Below, in pieces: positions 32,675 to 42,959 of a stretch of DNA of 64,000 nucleotides. The stretch is from the NCBI GenBank assembly GCA_014654415.1, contig JACWDC010000002.1, forward strand, positions 71,841 to 135,840, in the 5' to 3' direction. The notes under the pieces were generated by a model. It did not search any database. It had not been told where the DNA came from and saw only the letters and a list, made by a program, of their open reading frames with translations. Both the position numbers and the translations under genes were made by a program. This stretch comes from Pelagibacterales bacterium SAG-MED05 (GTDB lineage Bacteria > Pseudomonadota > Alphaproteobacteria > Pelagibacterales > Pelagibacteraceae). Position 1 is the first letter of the stretch. Every line of letters begins with the position of its first letter.

Positions 32675-33917
32675 CTTGTAATTGAGTCTCTAATTTAGTT
32701 TTTATAAAATTTCTTATTGAGTTGCTTTTAATTGAGTCTGCTACTTCATTTAGGAAAGCATCTATTAGTAATTTCGTGGACTCTTGCTGACTTAAACCTC
32801 TAGTCATCAAGTAATAAATGGAGTCTTTGTCTAAATTACCTGATGTAGATCCATGAGAGCATTTTACATCATCAGCATAAATTTCTAGCTCTGGTTTTGA
32901 GTCAAATTCACATTTTTCACTTAATAAAATTGCTTTACTTAATTGATAAGCATCTGTTTTTTGGGCCACATCTTTAACAAATATTTTTCCTTGATAGACA
33001 CCTTTGCTTTCATCATTTAAAACATTTTTTACATTCTGATGACTTCTGCAATTCGGAGAAAAATGATTTACACGCGTTTTAATCTCTTGATGCTCATTAT
33101 TGTTGATAAAAGAAGCAGACTGTAAATTACATTCACTTCTTTCACCTTCTAGATTAAATTCTAGATCTAATTTATTAAATTTTAAACCTGCAGGAAAGAT
33201 AAAAGAAGTGTAATTTGATTCAGTAAACAGTTTGTTTATTGAATATTTATGAAAATAACCTGAGCTTTTACTGTTCTGAAGATAGATATTTTTTAAAATG
33301 GCTGAGTTCTCTAAGACAATATCTTCATGCACATTGTTGAAAAAAATTTTTTTTGAATCATTTACTACATATTCTAATAGATGAAGTTCAGAATTTTTTC
33401 TAATTTTAATCTTATTTCTAGTATTTAATATATTTTCATCTAAGTCATTTGTGAATAAATAGTAAATTACCAAAATTTTTTTAAATTTATAATTTTCTTT
33501 TACCTCTAAAAAATAACCTTTATCAGATAAAGCATGATTTAGATTAATTAGAGGATTGTTTTCTTTTCTATTAGAATAATTATCGTTGATAAAAGATTTT
33601 AAAGTTATCTTGTCTTTTTCTTCGTATCTAAAATCACTTATAGTTAATTCCCCGTTAATTATAACAATATAATTGTGTTCAAAATCTTTAATAAAATCTA
33701 CTTTTTGTTTTTTAGATTTTCCAAATTGTATATCTAGTTTATTAAAATTTTTTGAAACAATTGCATTTAAATCTGAAAATTTCCAATCCTCATTTTTTTT
33801 ATTTGGAAATCCAGTATCATTAAAATATTCTAAATTTTTTAATCTAAAATTCTTTTCTTCTTTTGTAAAATTTCCAATTTTATCAATTTCATCAGAACTA
33901 ATTTTAAAGTTTAGCAT
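32664..33917 (-). CDS. sufD: Fe-S cluster assembly protein SufD
   Basis: EDWKFSDL, AQKTDAYQ, KPELEIYADDVKCSHG. Confidence 0.94.
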   Translation of the reverse strand: MLNFKISSDEIDKIGNFTKEEKNFRLKNLEYFNDTGFPNKKNEDWKFSDLNAIVSKNFNKLDIQFGKSKKQKVDFIKDFEHNYIVIINGELTISDFRYEEKDKITLKSFINDNYSNRKENNPLINLNHALSDKGYFLEVKENYKFKKILVIYYLFTNDLDENILNTRNKIKIRKNSELHLLEYVVNDSKKIFFNNVHEDIVLENSAILKNIYLQNSKSSGYFHKYSINKLFTESNYTSFIFPAGLKFNKLDLEFNLEGERSECNLQSASFINNNEHQEIKTRVNHFSPNCRSHQNVKNVLNDESKGVYQGKIFVKDVAQKTDAYQLSKAILLSEKCEFDSKPELEIYADDVKCSHGSTSGNLDKDSIYYLMTRGLSQQESTKLLIDAFLNEVADSIKSNSIRNFIKTKLETQLQDGY

Positions 33918-33918
33918 T

Positions 33919-34653
33919 TCAATTGATTCCTTTATAACCTGTCTTTTCTAACTCCATCGCAAGTTCCTTAGTACCTGATTTGACTATTTTACCATCTGCT
34001 AATACATGAACAAAATCTGGTTTTATGAAATTTAATAATCTTTGGTAATGAGTAATTACCAGAAAAGATTTTTCCTTATTTCTTGAAGAATTTACTCCAT
34101 CTGCAACAATTTTTAAGGCATCTATATCTAAACCAGAATCTGTTTCATCAAGAATTACTAAATTTGGATCCAGAATTTTCATTTGTAAAATTTCATTTTT
34201 TTTTTTTTCTCCTCCTGAAAAGCCTACATTAAGTTGTCTTGATAACATCTTTTCATCCATACCCAATTCATTTGATTTTTCCTTCATAATTTTTAAAAAT
34301 GATAAAGCATCTAATTCTTTTTTCCCTTGTGCTTTTCGCACTTTGTTCAATGATGTTCTAAGAAAATTACTTGTATTAACACCTGGAATTTCTGTAGGGT
34401 ATTGAAAAGCTAAAAAAATTCCTTTTTGAGCTCTTTCATCAATAGATATTTCATCTAGGCTCTCTCCTTGATACTTTAATTCTCCTGAAATTTTGTATCC
34501 TTCTTTGCCAGAAAGGACATTTGCCAATGTACTTTTGCCTGACCCGTTAGGACCCATAATTGCATGCAATTCTCCAGGTTTAATAGAAATATTTAAACCT
34601 TTAAGAATTTTTTTGTCATTTATAGAGGCATTTAAGTTTTTTATTTCTAACAT
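33919..34653 (-). CDS. sufC: Fe-S cluster assembly ATPase SufC
   Basis: GPNGSGKST, FLAFQYP.EIPGV, GFSGGEKK, LDETDSGLD; start moved to MLEIK. Confidence 0.96.
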   Translation of the reverse strand: MLEIKNLNASINDKKILKGLNISIKPGELHAIMGPNGSGKSTLANVLSGKEGYKISGELKYQGESLDEISIDERAQKGIFLAFQYPTEIPGVNTSNFLRTSLNKVRKAQGKKELDALSFLKIMKEKSNELGMDEKMLSRQLNVGFSGGEKKKNEILQMKILDPNLVILDETDSGLDIDALKIVADGVNSSRNKEKSFLVITHYQRLLNFIKPDFVHVLADGKIVKSGTKELAMELEKTGYKGIN

Positions 34654-36089
34654 TAACCCACACTTCCTTCTAAGCTTATGCCTACAAGCTTTTGAGCTTC
34701 TACAGCAAATTCCATAGGTAATTGTTGCAACACCTCTTTGCAAAAACCATTTACTATAAGACTTACAGCTTCTTCTTGGTTTAATCCTCTTTGATTGCAA
34801 TAAAATAATTGATCCTCATTTATTTTTGAAGTGGTAGCCTCATGTTCAACAGTAGAGGAAGAGTTCTTGTTTTTAATATATGGAACAGTATGGGCGCCAC
34901 ATTTATTGCCCATTAACAAAGAATCACACTGTGTGTAATTTCTTGAGTTTGAAGCATTTCTTCCTATGTCCACTAATCCTCTATAGGTATTGTCAGCTTT
35001 GCCAGCTGATATTCCTTTTGAAATAATTTTACTTTTTGTATTTTTTCCAAGATGTATCATTTTAGTTCCTGTATCTGCTTTTTGATGATTGTTGGTAATA
35101 GCTATTGAGTAAAATTCTCCAATAGAATTATCTCCTTGTAAGATGCAACTAGGATATTTCCAAGTAATCGCTGATCCAGTTTCAACTTGTGTCCAGGAAA
35201 TTTTTGAATTTTTTCCTCTACATGCACCTCTTTTTGTAACAAAATTGTAAATCCCGCCCACTCCATTTTTATCTCCTGGATACCAATTTTGAACTGTTGA
35301 GTATTTTATTTCAGCATCATCTAATGCAATAAGCTCAACATTTGCTGCATGCAATTGATTTTCATCCCTCATAGGAGCAGTGCAACCCTCCAAATAACTT
35401 ACGTAACTTCCTTTATCTGCAATAATTAAAGTTCTTTCAAATTGCCCAGTCTCTGATGCATTTATTCTAAAATATGTAGATAGCTCCATAGGGCATCTAG
35501 TATTAGGAGGTATATAAACAAAAGATCCATCAGTAAAAACTGCAGAGTTAAGAGTAGCAAAATAATGGTCACTAATTGGTATGACAGATCCTAAATATTT
35601 TTTAACCAAATCTGGATGTTTTTGAATCGCTTCAGAGATTGGGCAAAAGATAATGCCTTTTTTTGTCAATTCATCTTTAAATGTTGTGGCGACCGAAACT
35701 GAATCAAAGACCGCATCAACTGCAACTCCACTCAACTTTTTTTGTTCATTTAATGGAATGCCAAGTTTATTATAAGTTTCAATAAGTTTTGGATCTACTT
35801 CATCTAAACTTTTTGGTTTATCTTTCATGCTTTTTGGAGCAGAATAATAATACAATGCTTGGTAGTCTATTTTTGGAAACTTTGGTTTTTGCCAATCGGG
35901 TTCTTTTGAAACTTTTAACCTATTAAACGCTTTTAGTCTCCAATCTAACATCCACTTAGGTTCTTTCTTTATTTCAGAAATAAATTTTATTGTTTTTTCT
36001 GAAAGCCCTTTTGGAGCTTTAATATTTTCTATATCAGTAGTAAAACCATATTTATATTCTTGATTATAATTTGTGTTTTGATTTTTCAT
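34653..36089 (-). CDS. sufB: Fe-S cluster assembly protein SufB
   Basis: [32 protein letters not shown]. Confidence 0.97.
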   Translation of the reverse strand: MKNQNTNYNQEYKYGFTTDIENIKAPKGLSEKTIKFISEIKKEPKWMLDWRLKAFNRLKVSKEPDWQKPKFPKIDYQALYYYSAPKSMKDKPKSLDEVDPKLIETYNKLGIPLNEQKKLSGVAVDAVFDSVSVATTFKDELTKKGIIFCPISEAIQKHPDLVKKYLGSVIPISDHYFATLNSAVFTDGSFVYIPPNTRCPMELSTYFRINASETGQFERTLIIADKGSYVSYLEGCTAPMRDENQLHAANVELIALDDAEIKYSTVQNWYPGDKNGVGGIYNFVTKRGACRGKNSKISWTQVETGSAITWKYPSCILQGDNSIGEFYSIAITNNHQKADTGTKMIHLGKNTKSKIISKGISAGKADNTYRGLVDIGRNASNSRNYTQCDSLLMGNKCGAHTVPYIKNKNSSSTVEHEATTSKINEDQLFYCNQRGLNQEEAVSLIVNGFCKEVLQQLPMEFAVEAQKLVGISLEGSVG

Positions 36090-36091
36090 AA

Positions 36092-36508
36092 TTAATTAGA
36101 ATTCTGTTTTATTAAGTCTTGTAATTTAACTTTCTCAAAAAAATTATTTATATGTTGATCTAGTTGGTCCCATAGATTATGCGTAATACATTTTGTTGAT
36201 TTGTTATTACATCCTTTTTTAGAATTTTTTTTACAGTTAAGCATTTTAACCTCTTCATCTACTGCAAAAATTATTTGTGATAATTTAATTTCATAAGCAG
36301 GTTTTTCTAAAATATAACCCCCTGTCGCTCCTCTAGAGCTTTTCACAAGTTTATTATTTTTTAACTTAATAAAAATTTGCTCTAAATATGCTAAAGAAAT
36401 ATTCTGTCTTAAAGAAATCTCTTTCAAGCTTATCGGTCTAGCATTTACATTAGACGCTAGGTCTGCCATTGCCATTACAGCGTACCGCCCTTTTGTAGTA
36501 AGTTTCAT
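36092..36508 (-). CDS. iscR: Rrf2-family regulator, IscR-like
   Basis: [23 protein letters not shown], three Cys plus THNLW; heads the suf operon. Confidence 0.88.
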   Translation of the reverse strand: MKLTTKGRYAVMAMADLASNVNARPISLKEISLRQNISLAYLEQIFIKLKNNKLVKSSRGATGGYILEKPAYEIKLSQIIFAVDEEVKMLNCKKNSKKGCNNKSTKCITHNLWDQLDQHINNFFEKVKLQDLIKQNSN

Positions 36509-36540
36509 AAATTACTGTTGTAATACAATAATTTTAACTT

Positions 36541-36565
36541 AATTCCTACAGAAATAGTCGGAATT
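36541..36565. promoter_or_regulatory. Putative IscR operator (imperfect 25-bp palindrome)
   Basis: AATTCCTACAGAAATAGTCGGAATT; the minus strand contains CCGACTATTTC, matching the core of the type-1 IscR consensus ATASYYGACTRWWWYAGTCRRSTAT; about 30 bp upstream of iscR. Confidence 0.65.
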
Positions 36566-36641
36566 AAAAAAATTTATTTGACGCAGAAAAACGTGTTATA
36601 AAGTTTATCTTTTTTTTGAAAATAATAATCATTACTAAATA

Positions 36642-37299
36642 ATGAAACCTAAAAGTTTGGAAATTTTTATACCGGGACCAGCAGGGAGATTGGAAGCAAA
36701 ATATTATAAGAATCCAAAATTTGGCTCTCCCATAGCAATAGTGCTACATCCCCATCCTCAATACGGTGGAACAATGAATAACAAGATAGTTCAACTAATG
36801 TATAATATTTTTCAAAAAAATGGTTTTTTCTGTAATTAAAGTAAATTTTAGAGGAGTGGGAAAAAGTGATGGTGTTTTTGATAATGGTCAAGGAGAATTA
36901 TCAGATGCAGCAGCAGCTTTAGATTGGATTGAAAGACAAAATTTAGATTATGGTCAATGTTGGGTTTCAGGATTTTCATTTGGCTCATTAATATGTATGC
37001 AGCTTATCATGAGAAGACCGGAAGTTAATCATTTCATATCTGTTTCTCCTCAGCCTAATGTTTACGATTTTTCTTTTTTAGCTCCATGTCCAACATCAGG
37101 ACAAGTTATATATAGTGAAAATGATGAGCTGGTAACTAAAGAAAGTATTGTCGATTTAGATAATAGAATTAAAAGTCAAAAAGGAGTAAATGTACCTTTT
37201 TCAAAAATAAAAAATTCAAATCATTTTTTTAAAAATAAAGAAAAAGAATTAACTATTGAAATTGAAAAATATATTAAAGAAAAAACAGCTCTTATTTAA
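36642..37299 (+). CDS. Alpha/beta hydrolase, split by a +1 frameshift in a homopolymer (~36814-36829)
   Basis: IPGPAGRLE, HPHPQYGGTMNN in ORF1; NFRGVGKS.G, GFSFG in ORF2; removing one base from the A7/T6 run joins them (…KNGFSVIKVNFRG…). Confidence 0.85.
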
Positions 37300-38392
37300 A
37301 TTTTATTATTTTACCACCAGTTATCGGTTTTTTACAACCTGTTGTCTCAGGAAAGGAAATTGGTAATTTAAGATAAGATCTTACTGCAAGGAAAGCAAAA
37401 GCTTGGGACTCAACAAAATCTCCATCAACTCCATAATCATCTATAAGTTTCACATCTTTATTCCATAATCTTATTATATTAACTAAAAATTTATTTTTTC
37501 TTCCTCCACCGCATAAAATTGTTTTGAATCTTTCTTTAAACATAGAATTCATCTTAAAATGAGAAATAAAAAGATTAGCAGTATAACGTGTTAGAGTGGC
37601 AGCTCCATCTTTTAAGGACATTCCTTTAGCAAATAAAATATCAAAATCACTAACATCATATGATTTTCTTTCTGGATCGATCGCTTGAGAGATGCTCAAA
37701 AATTTATCAAGAACTTTTTTATTTACTTTGCCAGACTTTGCTATATTTCCATTTTTATCATATTTTTTTTTAGATTTAGTTCTTATCCATTTGTCTATCA
37801 AACACATGCCTGGACCCATATCTTTTGCGTATAGCGCTCCATTATCCCAAACTGTTGTTCTATTTAATATTCCTCCTATATTAAAAAAACTGACCTGTTT
37901 AAGGTTGAGTTTTTTTTGCAATATTTGATGAAATATCGGAGTTAAGGGCGCTCCTTCTCCTCCATTTTTTAAATCATTTTGTCTAAAATCATAAACAACT
38001 ATTTTTTGTGTAATTTTTGAAAGAAACTTTCCATCTCCTAGTTGTTTAGAAATTTTTTTTTTTGCATTATGATAAATAGTCTGTCCATGAAATCCTACGA
38101 AATTAATGTTTACCTTTGTTTTTTTTAAAATTTTATTAATTGCTTTGGCATGAAATAAAGTAATTTCTTTCTCAACGTTATCGATTTCTTTGGAAAATTT
38201 TTTTAAATCACTAGAACTTTTAATTTTATCTCTAAGTTTTGTTAATTTTTTATAAATAGCTTGAGGGTATTCAAAATATTTATCTAAAATAGCCTTATAT
38301 CTTGACTTTCCGTCAGTTTGTATAACTGATGCATCAACCCCATCCATAGAAGTTCCGCTCATTAAACCAAGGCTATAATAGCTTTTACTCAT
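37292..38392 (-). CDS. anmK: Anhydro-N-acetylmuramic acid kinase
   Basis: GLMSGTSMDGVD, GFHGQT, GGEGAPL, NIGGI, CGGG, ESQAFA; divergent from tyrS. Confidence 0.93.
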   Translation of the reverse strand: MSKSYYSLGLMSGTSMDGVDASVIQTDGKSRYKAILDKYFEYPQAIYKKLTKLRDKIKSSSDLKKFSKEIDNVEKEITLFHAKAINKILKKTKVNINFVGFHGQTIYHNAKKKISKQLGDGKFLSKITQKIVVYDFRQNDLKNGGEGAPLTPIFHQILQKKLNLKQVSFFNIGGILNRTTVWDNGALYAKDMGPGMCLIDKWIRTKSKKKYDKNGNIAKSGKVNKKVLDKFLSISQAIDPERKSYDVSDFDILFAKGMSLKDGAATLTRYTANLFISHFKMNSMFKERFKTILCGGGRKNKFLVNIIRLWNKDVKLIDDYGVDGDFVESQAFAFLAVRSYLKLPISFPETTGCKKPITGGKIIKFK

Positions 38393-38450
38393 ATGTATTT
38401 TTTAATTAATTTAAATCTAGTATATTGATTCTACACTGTTTTTAAAAAAT

Positions 38451-39685
38451 ATGGAAAATTCATTTTTATCTGAATTTAAAGAAAGAGAATATTTCAATCA
38501 ATGTACTAATTCTGAAGAATTAGAACTATTGATGAATAAAAAAAGATCAAAGCATATATCGGCTTCGATTGTACTGCATCCAGTTTACATGTGGGAAGTT
38601 TATTGCAAATAATGTGTTTAAGGCTTTTACAAAAACATGGTCATCAACCTATTGTTTTACTAGGTGGTGGAACAACAAGAATTGGAGATCCTTCAGGAAA
38701 AGAAGAAACTAGAAAAATACTTTCAGAAAAACAAATAGAAAAAAATATAAATAATATTGAAAAAGTTTTTAAAATTTATTTAAAAACAAATAATCCAAAA
38801 TTAAAACCAATATTCGTAAATAATTATAAATGGCTTGGAAAATTGAATTATATAAAATTTTTAAGAGAAATTGGAAGACATTTTACGATTAATAAAATGT
38901 TAAGTTTTGATAGTGTTAAATTAAGATTAGATAGAGAGCAGTCGCTGAGTTATATGGAGTTTAATTACATGATTTTACAAGCTTATGATTTCCTTGAACT
39001 AAATAAAGCTAAGAATTGTCTTATGCAAATAGGAGGTTCAGATCAGTGGGGGAATATTGTTAATGGTGTTGAGTTGATTAAAAGACATTCTTCTAAACAA
39101 GTTTTTGGATTAACAACTCCTTTAATTACTTTAGCATCTGGTGCAAAAATGGGTAAAACTGAAAAAGGTGCTGTCTGGCTTGATAGTAAACTTTTGTCCT
39201 CTTATGACTATTGGCAGTTTTGGAGAAATACAGATGATAGAGATGTAATAAAATTTCTAAAAATGTTTACAGATCTGAAATTAAAAAAAATTGAGGAATT
39301 AGAAAATGAAAATATTAATAAATTAAAAATTATCCTAGCAAATGAGGCTACTTCGATGCTACATGGTAAATCTTCTGCTGCTAAAGCAGAAAAAACGGCT
39401 AAGGAAACTTTTGAATCTGGTGGTTCTGGTGATGATCTTCCTGAAATTAAAATTAAAAAAAGTGAAATAGAAAATGGAATAAAAATTTTAGACCTATTAT
39501 CAGCAAATAAGATTATGTCTTCAAAAAGTGATGCTAGAAGAGCAATTAAAAGCAACGCGCTAAGAATTAATAATGAAATCTTAACTGATGAAAAAAAAAT
39601 AATTCAACAAAATGATTTTAATAGTGAAAGAGTTTTAAAAATTTCTTTTGGTAAAAAGAAACATTATCTTCTTAAAATTATTTAG
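38451..39685 (+). CDS. tyrS: Tyrosine--tRNA ligase, frameshifted at the A7 run 38538-38544
   Basis: ATG at 38451 gives MENSFLSEFKER...; adding one A gives KKKIKAYIGFDCTASSLHVGSL (HIGH motif) in frame with the ORF carrying QIGGSDQWGN and KMGKT. Confidence 0.95.
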
Positions 39686-41870
39686 ATTTCTTTTGTTTTT
39701 CTAAAGCTTTAGTAATAAAACGAGGAGTTAAAGTCTTAATTGGGTTAATTGAAGTTTTCATTTTACCTGGCTTTCCTTTCATTTTAAAACTGACTCCAAA
39801 TAAACCTTCTCCAATATCTTTAGGAATTATAATTTTTCCAATTACTGGTATTTTTGATAAAAATTTATTTAAATTTTTGGCAGGAACTAAAGTTCCTCTT
39901 AAACTAGTTAGTCCACTTTCTTCTTTATATCCTTCCATAAGAACAGAAATACTTGGTCCAACTGCATAAAGTTCGTTCAGTTTTAAAAATCCGTTATTAT
40001 TATTAATTTGAATTTCGAGCTTATCAAATGACAAGCCATCACCTTCTGCTAAATCTGCTAAACCACTAAAATCCGCAAGAGATAAAAGCCTCACAGCTCC
40101 AGGCGCATTAACTAATTTAAAATTTTCAATAATTAATTTTGAGGTAGATTTTTTATCTTCAATTATTGAAGAGAATGTTAAAATACCTTCTGATAAACCT
40201 TTAAAAAAAGTATATTCTGAAAGCAAGGGTTGAGGCAAGTCTGAATAAACCTCTAGATATTGTTTTTTACTTTTTTTATCATTTTTCATAGAAATATCTA
40301 AAAATTTATTATCTCCAAAATCTCCTTTGGATGAAATTTTTACAAATTTTCCCTTTTCCATAACTCCTATTAATCTAAAATTCATGAGTTTTTTGGATAA
40401 AGGAGTATCAATGTTTTTTAAATCAATTTCGATGTCTTTGCTTATTTTTTTTAAAATATTGTTTTTTGATTTTTGATTTAAAAACTTATTAATATTCGTT
40501 GCATCATATTTATTGCCAGATATTTTTATTTTTTTTCCAAAATCTAATATAAAATCATTATTTAGATCATTCTTATCAAAAGTTTTAACTTTAATTTTTT
40601 TAAGTGAACTTATACTTTCTTTATGAATTTTAAGTTTTTCTATTAAGATTAAGTTTTTATTTTCTGTATATCTTAATTCTTTTAAATTAATAAAATTTTT
40701 TTTTGTTTCAACATTTACAAATATTTTAGCATCTTTGCCATCATCTTTCTTATAATTGATATGATTGATATCGAGTTTTTCAGAAAATTTAAAATCTAAA
40801 TTTATATTTGAAGTTTCTTTAAAAAAATCATCTTTAAAATCATAAGTTTGATATTTTTTATCATCTATACTGTAAACTCCAGAGATATAAATATGATTTT
40901 TTTTATCTGAAGCATAACGAGTGTTGAAATTAGAGTCTTTAAAATAAAAATGGTTTATATTTTTTCGTAAAAAAGAATTTTTTAAAGCTTTATCGAATTT
41001 AAAAAAAGATTTATTAATTTTACCTTTATTCGTATATATGTAATCAACTACTTTAAATGTTTTATCAAAAGTAACATCTAAAAAATTATCCAAATTAGCA
41101 TTAAAATTCATTTCTTGATTTATGAATTTAATATTTTTTACTATTGGCAGATAATTATTAATATTTTTTTTATTTATTTTAATTTCTGCACTAAAATCCG
41201 ATTTTAGCCTAATTTCTTGATTTCTTGTTATTTGTAAATTTCCACCTTTTATTAAAAGACCATCCATCTCACTTTTTATATTTTTGATTAAAATATCTGA
41301 AGTGTCAGCAAAAAAATTGAAACTAGTATTTCTTAAACTCAATTCATTATTTATGATGCCATTCAATTTTTTAACTTTTCCTCTGGCAATAAAATTATCT
41401 ATTTCTAAATTATCATTTAAATATAACTCTAAGTTAGTAACTAATTTACCATTTTGTACCTTATTAATAATCAGGCTATTTAAATTAGAGGGCTTCGTTT
41501 TAATGATAATCTTTTTTAGTTGATCGATATTAACCTCTTCTGAAGATATGTTTATCTTGCTAATTTTAGCTTTTGATTTAATTAAAGAGTAAAAATCTAA
41601 ATAAACCTTTGCATTTTGAATTGGAATTAAAAGGTCTTTGTAAAATAACTCTGGACTTTCAGTCTCTAAAAATAAATTAAAATCTTTAATATCAAGTTTA
41701 AACTTTATTTTATCTAATTTTAATAAAACATTTTTATCACTTTCTATGGCTTTATCAGAAATGAACTTATTAAATTTGTTGGTTTCAAAACCCACGGTAG
41801 ACAAAATAACCATCAAGAAAACTAAAAGAAAAAATAAAGTTGCACTTGTTATAATAAATAGCTTTTTCAT
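39678..41870 (-). CDS. AsmA-like / YhdP-like (DUF3971-type) envelope protein
   Basis: N-terminal TM anchor, beta-rich body, C-terminal GTLVP..N..LSKIPVIG.I...GEGLFG..F...NP...LTP.F. Confidence 0.7.
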   Translation of the reverse strand: MKKLFIITSATLFFLLVFLMVILSTVGFETNKFNKFISDKAIESDKNVLLKLDKIKFKLDIKDFNLFLETESPELFYKDLLIPIQNAKVYLDFYSLIKSKAKISKINISSEEVNIDQLKKIIIKTKPSNLNSLIINKVQNGKLVTNLELYLNDNLEIDNFIARGKVKKLNGIINNELSLRNTSFNFFADTSDILIKNIKSEMDGLLIKGGNLQITRNQEIRLKSDFSAEIKINKKNINNYLPIVKNIKFINQEMNFNANLDNFLDVTFDKTFKVVDYIYTNKGKINKSFFKFDKALKNSFLRKNINHFYFKDSNFNTRYASDKKNHIYISGVYSIDDKKYQTYDFKDDFFKETSNINLDFKFSEKLDINHINYKKDDGKDAKIFVNVETKKNFINLKELRYTENKNLILIEKLKIHKESISSLKKIKVKTFDKNDLNNDFILDFGKKIKISGNKYDATNINKFLNQKSKNNILKKISKDIEIDLKNIDTPLSKKLMNFRLIGVMEKGKFVKISSKGDFGDNKFLDISMKNDKKSKKQYLEVYSDLPQPLLSEYTFFKGLSEGILTFSSIIEDKKSTSKLIIENFKLVNAPGAVRLLSLADFSGLADLAEGDGLSFDKLEIQINNNNGFLKLNELYAVGPSISVLMEGYKEESGLTSLRGTLVPAKNLNKFLSKIPVIGKIIIPKDIGEGLFGVSFKMKGKPGKMKTSINPIKTLTPRFITKALEKQKKSK

Positions 41871-42959
41871 TATTTGTTTATTATTCCAGCTTCAATAAAT
41901 TGATCAATATTTCCATTTAAAACATCTGATGGATTAGTGTTTTCAACTTTATTTCTTAAATCTTTAACAAGTTGATATGGTTGCAATACATAAGATCTTA
42001 TCTGATGCCCCCAACCAATGTCTGTCTTTGAGTTTAATTGTTTTTGACTTTCAGTTTCTCTTTTTTGAATTTCATATTCATAAAGTCTTGCCTTAAGCAT
42101 TTTATAACAAGTCTCTTTATTCTTATGTTGAGATCTTTCGTTTTGACATTGAACAACAACTTTTGTTGGAAGGTGAGTTATTCTTACAGCACTATCAGTA
42201 GTATTAACATGCTGGCCTCCTGCTCCGCTTGACCTATACGTATCAATTCTTAAATCTTTTTCATCTAATTTTATATTAATGTCATCTTCTACTGCTGGAT
42301 ATACCCAAACACTTGCAAAACTAGTGTGTCTACGGGCGCCACTATCAAAAGGCGAAATTCTAACTAGTCTATGAACTCCAGACTCACCTCTCATTAGTCC
42401 ATAAAGATAATCCCCACTTACTTTCAGCGTTGAAGATTTTATTCCAGCTTCATCACCCTTATGTTCGCTTATCATTTCATACTTAAAATTTTTTTTATCA
42501 AACCATTTTAAATACATTCTTCTTAACATGTCAGCCCAGTCTTGGCTCTCGGTACCTCCTGCACCCGCGTGTATTTCAAGGTAAATATTAAAATCATCAT
42601 TTTCACCAGAGAGAAAACAATTAATTTCATTTTTTTTAATTAGTTTTAATAATTGTTCAATCTTATCATCACAATCCTTTAAAATTTCATCATTTTTTTC
42701 ATCTAGAGCTAGATTGAATAAGTCCTTTAAATTTTTTATTTCATTAGTGGAACTATTAAAAGAATTTAGGATATCTTCATAAATCTTTTTTTCTTTTACA
42801 GTTTTTTTAACTTTTTTTTTATCTTTCCAAAAATTTTCACTTAAAAGAATTTTTTCTATTTCCTTTAATTTTAAATTAATATTATTTTTATCAAAGATAC
42901 CCCCTGATATTATTCAGAGTTTTTTCCGCTCGAGTTAATTTATTTTCAAAATTTTGCAT
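41870..42959 (-). CDS. prfB: Peptide chain release factor 2 (programmed +1 frameshift)
   Basis: ATG at 42959; 22 codons to CTT-TGA, then the +1 frame runs through HAGAGGTESQDWA, SPF and GGQ to the stop at 41870; about 362 aa. Confidence 0.96.
42890..42905 (-). promoter_or_regulatory. prfB programmed +1 ribosomal frameshift site
   Basis: Minus strand AGGGGG-TAT-CTT-TGA-T: internal Shine-Dalgarno, 3-nt spacer, slippery CTT-T and in-frame UGA. Confidence 0.93.

Noticed and set aside
38451-39685. tyrS as a true pseudogene
   Set aside because: Essential function, only a single homopolymer indel, and two similar indels elsewhere in the window suggest sequencing error.
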